DNA from: Methanobacteriota archaeon
Lineage (GTDB): Archaea; Thermoplasmatota; Thermoplasmata; RBG-16-68-12; JAFNFQ01
NCBI GenBank assembly: GCA_017885655.1
Contig: JAFNFQ010000032.1
Location: 1,258 to 65,257 of the forward strand
Direction of reading: 5' to 3'
DNA: 64,000 nt
The translations under genes were made by a program, and so were the position numbers. A model generated the notes under the pieces. That model was not told the origin of the DNA. It saw only the letters and a list, made by a program, of their open reading frames with translations, and did no database searches. Positions 59,770 through 64,000 of this stretch are shown here, piece by piece (within the stretch, counting starts at the first letter, position 1; each line of letters opens with the position of its first letter).

Positions 59770-60165
59770 ATGTCTCCAAAGAGCGCTCCCAGAATCGAAG
59801 GATACTACACGCCGCTCGGTCCATACTCGCATGTGGTCGCCGCCAACGGTTTCATTTTCCTTTCAGCCCAGACCCCCCTGAAACCTGATGGCTCGTCGAA
59901 GGAATTCATCGGTTCAGACGTCAAGGAGCAGACCCGCCAAGTCCTGTCAAACGTGAAGCTGCTGCTGGAGAAGGCAGGCAGCTCTCTGGAAGATGTGGTG
60001 AAAGTCACAGTGTACTTGACCAACCCGAAGGACTCGGGGGCCATGAACGAGGTCTACAAGGAATTCTTCCCGAAAGACCCGCCCGTGAGATCCCTCGCCA
60101 GAATCGGATTGGAGCCACCGGGCCTTCTGGTCGCGGTCGACGTCATCGCGGTCCAGAAGAAGTGA
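59770..60165 (+). CDS. RidA/YjgF (Rid family) reactive intermediate deaminase
   Basis: APRIEGYYTPLGPYSHVV...VKVTVYLTN...ARIGLEP. ~131 aa. Confidence 0.75.
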   Translation: MSPKSAPRIEGYYTPLGPYSHVVAANGFIFLSAQTPLKPDGSSKEFIGSDVKEQTRQVLSNVKLLLEKAGSSLEDVVKVTVYLTNPKDSGAMNEVYKEFFPKDPPVRSLARIGLEPPGLLVAVDVIAVQKK

Positions 60166-60399
60166 CTAGAAGACCATCTTCGCGAGCGTCTTCGTGGCCT
60201 TGATGCCCTCTATCGCCCGGACTTTGGAAACAACTATCTCGCCTATCTTGTCGTACGTCTCAGCCTCGACCTTGGCGATCAGGTCGTACTCGCCGAAGAG
60301 CGGGTAGAGCTCAACCACCTCCTCGATCTTGAGGAGACGCTGGTAGACGTCTCTCTCCATGGAGGGCTCCACGCTTATGAGCACGAATCCTACCGCCAA
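60166..60399 (-). CDS. stand-alone Lrp/AsnC C-terminal (RAM) domain protein
   Basis: A 77-aa protein. VLISVEPSMERDVYQRLLKIEEVVELYPLFGEYDLIAKVEA is a typical RAM/ACT-like fold. Confidence 0.65.
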   Translation of the reverse strand: MAVGFVLISVEPSMERDVYQRLLKIEEVVELYPLFGEYDLIAKVEAETYDKIGEIVVSKVRAIEGIKATKTLAKMVF

Positions 60400-60514
60400 A
60401 TCGTCACCGATTTTTGCGGATGCGGGGGCCGTAGTTAAGGTTGTCGGTATGGTTCCGATTCACGCCATCATCCTTTTCCACCAGGCCCGGCGAGACCCGA
60501 CAGTGTGGTTGTCT

Positions 60515-62287
60515 TCAACTCGGGTCGAATTCATGGCTGAAGGTTGCGTATCCCCAGAGGACGCTTATTTCGATTTCATAGCTGGCGTGGGGATTTCCAT
60601 GAAGGATGAAATAATCCCCAGAAGAAAGGAACCCATCTGAATCGCCGTCGACGAAGGTCAGATTGCCTCCCGGGAAGGAACTTGCTGAGCCGTTGACCAG
60701 AGTGACATTATCGAGAACCAAGGTCGAATTCTCCCAGAGGGACATGGTCAAATGCCCACTCAGGTTGATCTCCGGATGCCGCCAAGACACGCTCACGTTG
60801 ATCGTCAATGGCATTTGCGTATCACTGGTTGCGAACCTCATGTAAGGCATATTGCCGACAATGTGACCGTAACCCGCTATCCAAGTGAGACTCGTTTCAC
60901 CGTCCCCAATCTGTTGGATTCCGAAAGTCAATGTCGTCCTATTGTCGATACCACCAATCGTGAAGCGGTCGCCCGCATCGAGCAGACCGTTCACATCGGT
61001 GTCTAGGTAGACAATGGACACGCCGTCTGCAGTCGTCACTGGCAAATCCCCCATGTTGCCCTTGATCGTCCCATCACGTCCCTTGATGTCGAGAGTGAAA
61101 TTCAACTGAGAAAGCGGGATAGCTGAAGCGTACCCTTCCTGCACCATTTCAAGCGTTGATGTGACGTTTAGACCGACTTGGTCCCCGACGTGGCGAATCC
61201 TCATCGCGGCATGGTCATTGGCATTGTAACCGGGAATGAGAAGTTGATACGGACCGTGGGCACCGACCATGATGTGCTTGAAGCCGCAAATGTAGCCACA
61301 ATCCGACAAGGCGCCTCCCAAGGACAGCACGTACGTCTGGTGTCCAAAACCATCCTGCACGGCGACATCGTCAAGGTGCACGCGTATCTGATCACCGTCG
61401 TCGAGGAGCCCGTTGCCATTCACGTCGACATAGCGCATCGTCCCATTCTGTGAGGTTCCATCCTCCAATGAATGCATCTCATCGATGATCGGATTTCCCG
61501 CATATCCACCGCTCAATATCACGTATTCGAGAGCTGCCACGACAATCCAGGCGGCAGCCACATCTATTGACGGGAGTTCTTCATGGAAATCATAGAATCC
61601 CTTGATCAATGACGCGTTTACAAGATACAATGGATATTTATCGCCATCTCGGGTGATGACCGCATAAGACATCCATCCGGTTTCATTCCTCTCCAAAGGC
61701 GCGAGCATGAACCCCGACACCAATGAAACCGCGTCGAACACGTGTTCAATCGCCTGGTAGATGATTGGAATTGGGCAAATGAGCTCCTCTGCCCAGACGC
61801 CCTTCAGGTTGTTCAGACTATAGTTCTTGAAGTGAAGGGTTGTCCTGAATCGTTCTCCGACGACGTAATGCTTATTGATATCTCCGCGGACGAGACCAGA
61901 ACCATTGCACATTGAAGACCATTGACCCTTGAGCTGCAGGTACACCTCGCGACCATAGGTCGTGTTGAAGTAGTTGACCTCCGTGATTATGCCCTCGACG
62001 TCTCTCACCTCTCCGGGTTTCCAATGCATATGGAGAAGAACCTCGTCCGGAGTATATGGTCTGTAATAGGCATACCATAGGCCATAGGATGCACTCGACA
62101 CAACAGCGAATGCGATTAGAGCGGCAATGGCGGCGCCCCACTTTCCGATTCGCAACCTCTTTCTCACCAGATATGATGATAACCCTTCGTCATCTTTAAA
62201 ACTATTCCCGAGGCGGATGGCGGTCAAGTCAAGAGTGATTATCACGTAAGACAACGCGGAAGCAACCATGAATACCGTCCACGTCAA
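60515..62287 (-). CDS. large membrane-anchored extracellular protein (N-terminal TM segments; no recognised domains)
   Basis: A 590-aa ORF with hydrophobic N-terminal helices and N-glycosylation sequons, typical of an archaeal surface protein. Confidence 0.5.
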   Translation of the reverse strand: MTWTVFMVASALSYVIITLDLTAIRLGNSFKDDEGLSSYLVRKRLRIGKWGAAIAALIAFAVVSSASYGLWYAYYRPYTPDEVLLHMHWKPGEVRDVEGIITEVNYFNTTYGREVYLQLKGQWSSMCNGSGLVRGDINKHYVVGERFRTTLHFKNYSLNNLKGVWAEELICPIPIIYQAIEHVFDAVSLVSGFMLAPLERNETGWMSYAVITRDGDKYPLYLVNASLIKGFYDFHEELPSIDVAAAWIVVAALEYVILSGGYAGNPIIDEMHSLEDGTSQNGTMRYVDVNGNGLLDDGDQIRVHLDDVAVQDGFGHQTYVLSLGGALSDCGYICGFKHIMVGAHGPYQLLIPGYNANDHAAMRIRHVGDQVGLNVTSTLEMVQEGYASAIPLSQLNFTLDIKGRDGTIKGNMGDLPVTTADGVSIVYLDTDVNGLLDAGDRFTIGGIDNRTTLTFGIQQIGDGETSLTWIAGYGHIVGNMPYMRFATSDTQMPLTINVSVSWRHPEINLSGHLTMSLWENSTLVLDNVTLVNGSASSFPGGNLTFVDGDSDGFLSSGDYFILHGNPHASYEIEISVLWGYATFSHEFDPS

Positions 62288-62305
62288 TAATCATAGTTCA
62301 AGACG

Positions 62306-62776
62306 ATGAGAAAAGAGACGCGCCACAAGAGATGCACGCAGAGCTGCGTCCCCTATCCATTTGAAACCCTGAGACGCTGCTACGTCACATTGTTTGGCGG
62401 CGTCTCACCCGACCTGCAGGCATATCAGGTCGGGATTAACAGAGAGGCGCTCGCCGGCAATACAGAGCTGGACAGTCTTGACAGAGTGGCGGTGGGCGTC
62501 TTGGGGGAAGGTCGGACGCGCCCCTTCTTCATGGAAAGGCTCTACGATGTTGCAGCTCTCGATGACACGACGCCGGATGCGATGGCGAAGTCTGCATTCG
62601 GCGAGGCGGTGTTTTCGGTTGAGCTGGACAGGGGAAGAAGGCCGTTCGACTCCCTCAGGGAAGGCAGATTGATCGTACTAAGTGCGGTCCTGGCCGACCC
62701 GGAGGCGGAGGGCAGGGGATGGCGGTTGGATTTGCTTGCCAAGGCACTCCGCGAACTCCGGATCCTGGAATCCTAG
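62306..62776 (+). CDS. hypothetical protein
   Basis: A 156-aa ORF with no family assignment. Confidence 0.35.
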   Translation: MRKETRHKRCTQSCVPYPFETLRRCYVTLFGGVSPDLQAYQVGINREALAGNTELDSLDRVAVGVLGEGRTRPFFMERLYDVAALDDTTPDAMAKSAFGEAVFSVELDRGRRPFDSLREGRLIVLSAVLADPEAEGRGWRLDLLAKALRELRILES

Positions 62777-62824
62777 GCGCCGCGCGCATCTTGAAAAACC
62801 TTATCTCGCACTCCCTTCTATTCA

Positions 62825-63421
62825 TTGTCGATGCGCATCGGAGTCGTCGGTTTGCAGGGAGACGTCAGCGAGCATGTCGAAGCGGTCAAGCTCGCGTTGA
62901 AAAAATCAGGTCGGCATGGCGATGTGGTTCTCCTCCGCCGCCCGGAAGACTTGGAGAAGGCCGACGCCGCCACGATTCCCGGCGGGGAGAGCACGACGAT
63001 TTCGAAGCTGTTGATCAAGTCTGGTCTCTTCGAGCCTCTCAGGCGTAGGGGGCAGGAGGGTATGCCAATACTGGGCACGTGCGCGGGCTGCATCCTTCTT
63101 TCGAAGGAAGCGGGGAATCAGGCTGAGAAGACAAAGACTACCCTACTTGCCCTGATGGACATGGAGGTTGACCGCAATGCATTCGGAAGGCAGAAGGAAA
63201 GCTTTGAGGCCCCGCTGACCATCGAAGGACTGGATGGACCGTTCAAAGGCGTCTTCATCAGAGCCCCTGCCATCGTGAAGGTCTGGGGCGAATGCAGGGA
63301 GCTGGCCAGGTTCGGCGACTCGATAGTACTGGCAAGACAAGGCAACCTCATCGGTGCGGCGTTCCATCCGGAGCTTGGCGGGGACACGCGGTTCCATGAG
63401 TGGTTCCTCGGCCTGATCTAG
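62825..63421 (+). CDS. pdxT: pyridoxal 5'-phosphate synthase glutaminase subunit PdxT
   Basis: RIGVVGLQGDVSEHV and the catalytic Cys in ILGTCAGCILLS. Confidence 0.85.
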   Translation: MSMRIGVVGLQGDVSEHVEAVKLALKKSGRHGDVVLLRRPEDLEKADAATIPGGESTTISKLLIKSGLFEPLRRRGQEGMPILGTCAGCILLSKEAGNQAEKTKTTLLALMDMEVDRNAFGRQKESFEAPLTIEGLDGPFKGVFIRAPAIVKVWGECRELARFGDSIVLARQGNLIGAAFHPELGGDTRFHEWFLGLI

Positions 63422-64000
63422 GGAATCAGGAACAATGCCAGCAGGGAGAGCGCCACCGCCAGCGAGACGCTCAGGGCCAGGGCGGGCTTGAGGATGGCCA
63501 CCGTGAGATTGATTCCTGTGGTCAACCGTGCAGAAGACTCAGGACCGAAGATCCTCAAGTCGTCGATGTGGCCGGTGGCGGCGGCTGATTGGGAGAAGGA
63601 TAAGTCCCTGACCGCGAGTTCAGTCAACTCCTTCGCATTACCGACAAGCCGGGCCCGTTCCATCTTCATCCCGGCGGGGTTGAAACCGCCCATAGTCATG
63701 TTCACGGAATGATCATCCGATGTGAGGACCTCGGCGACATCGACCATGCCCTTGACGGCCCCGATAATCTCTTCTCTCAGGCCGCAGACCATGTTGTTGC
63801 TGTCGAAGAGGATGTATGCCGTCTTCTGGCCCCCCGCCTCCACTACGAGCACCTGTATCCCCAAGGGGCCGAGGCCGTCATCCGGATTGCCGGTATACGG
63901 CATCGAAGCGAAGCCGACACCGATCGTGTCGAAACGAAGGTCCTTGGCCGACTCGACGGCTTTCCTTGACGCGGCGATGATGTCGTGCGATGCGCGGCTC
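63418..64000 (-). CDS. partial CDS (continues past the window end). Membrane-associated hypothetical protein
   Basis: The frame is open to the window edge. C-terminal TM helix ALALSVSLAVALSLLALFLIP. Confidence 0.4.
   Translation of the reverse strand, partial: SRASHDIIAASRKAVESAKDLRFDTIGVGFASMPYTGNPDDGLGPLGIQVLVVEAGGQKTAYILFDSNNMVCGLREEIIGAVKGMVDVAEVLTSDDHSVNMTMGGFNPAGMKMERARLVGNAKELTELAVRDLSFSQSAAATGHIDDLRIFGPESSARLTTGINLTVAILKPALALSVSLAVALSLLALFLIP

Overview
This is a GC-rich (~60%) archaeal chromosomal window. The evidence for archaeal origin is: an ftsZ-ftsZ-secE-spt5(nusG)-rpl11 cluster, KEOPS Cgi121, a Hel308 helicase carrying an intein, class I LysRS, two-subunit 2-oxoacid:ferredoxin oxidoreductases (two alpha/beta pairs), tRNAs with no encoded CCA (one with an apparent intron), and a COG2512-type membrane-anchored wHTH regulator. 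Housekeeping genes present are pyrD/pyrK, pdxT, an eIF-2B-like protein, RidA, a GltD-like oxidoreductase, a tupABC tungstate transporter and a VapBC toxin-antitoxin pair. A bacterial/eukaryotic-type GlnRS sits next to tRNA-Gln(CUG). Interleaved with these are several very large signal-peptide surface proteins: FG-GAP/ASPIC, PKD, BNR/DUF11, right-handed beta-helix and Ig-like repeats, and TSP3 calcium-binding repeats. Two paralogous giants (1818 aa and 1030 aa) end in a single TM helix followed by two cytoplasmic winged-helix DNA-binding domains. This membrane-tethered one-component architecture is the most striking candidate for an undescribed system. Other unexplained structures: a 16-unit array of 21-bp hairpin-forming repeats upstream of hel308; an 80-aa ORF flanked by identical 24-bp palindromes inserted between spt5 and rpl11; a ~200-aa N-terminal extension on Spt5; a Ras-like GTPase fused to a wHTH; a GC-rich repeat block upstream of a frameshifted PKD gene; and a Met/His/Cys-rich secreted peptide next to a membrane wHTH protein. 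Many long antisense or overlapping ORFs in the six-frame track are high-GC artefacts and were not called.
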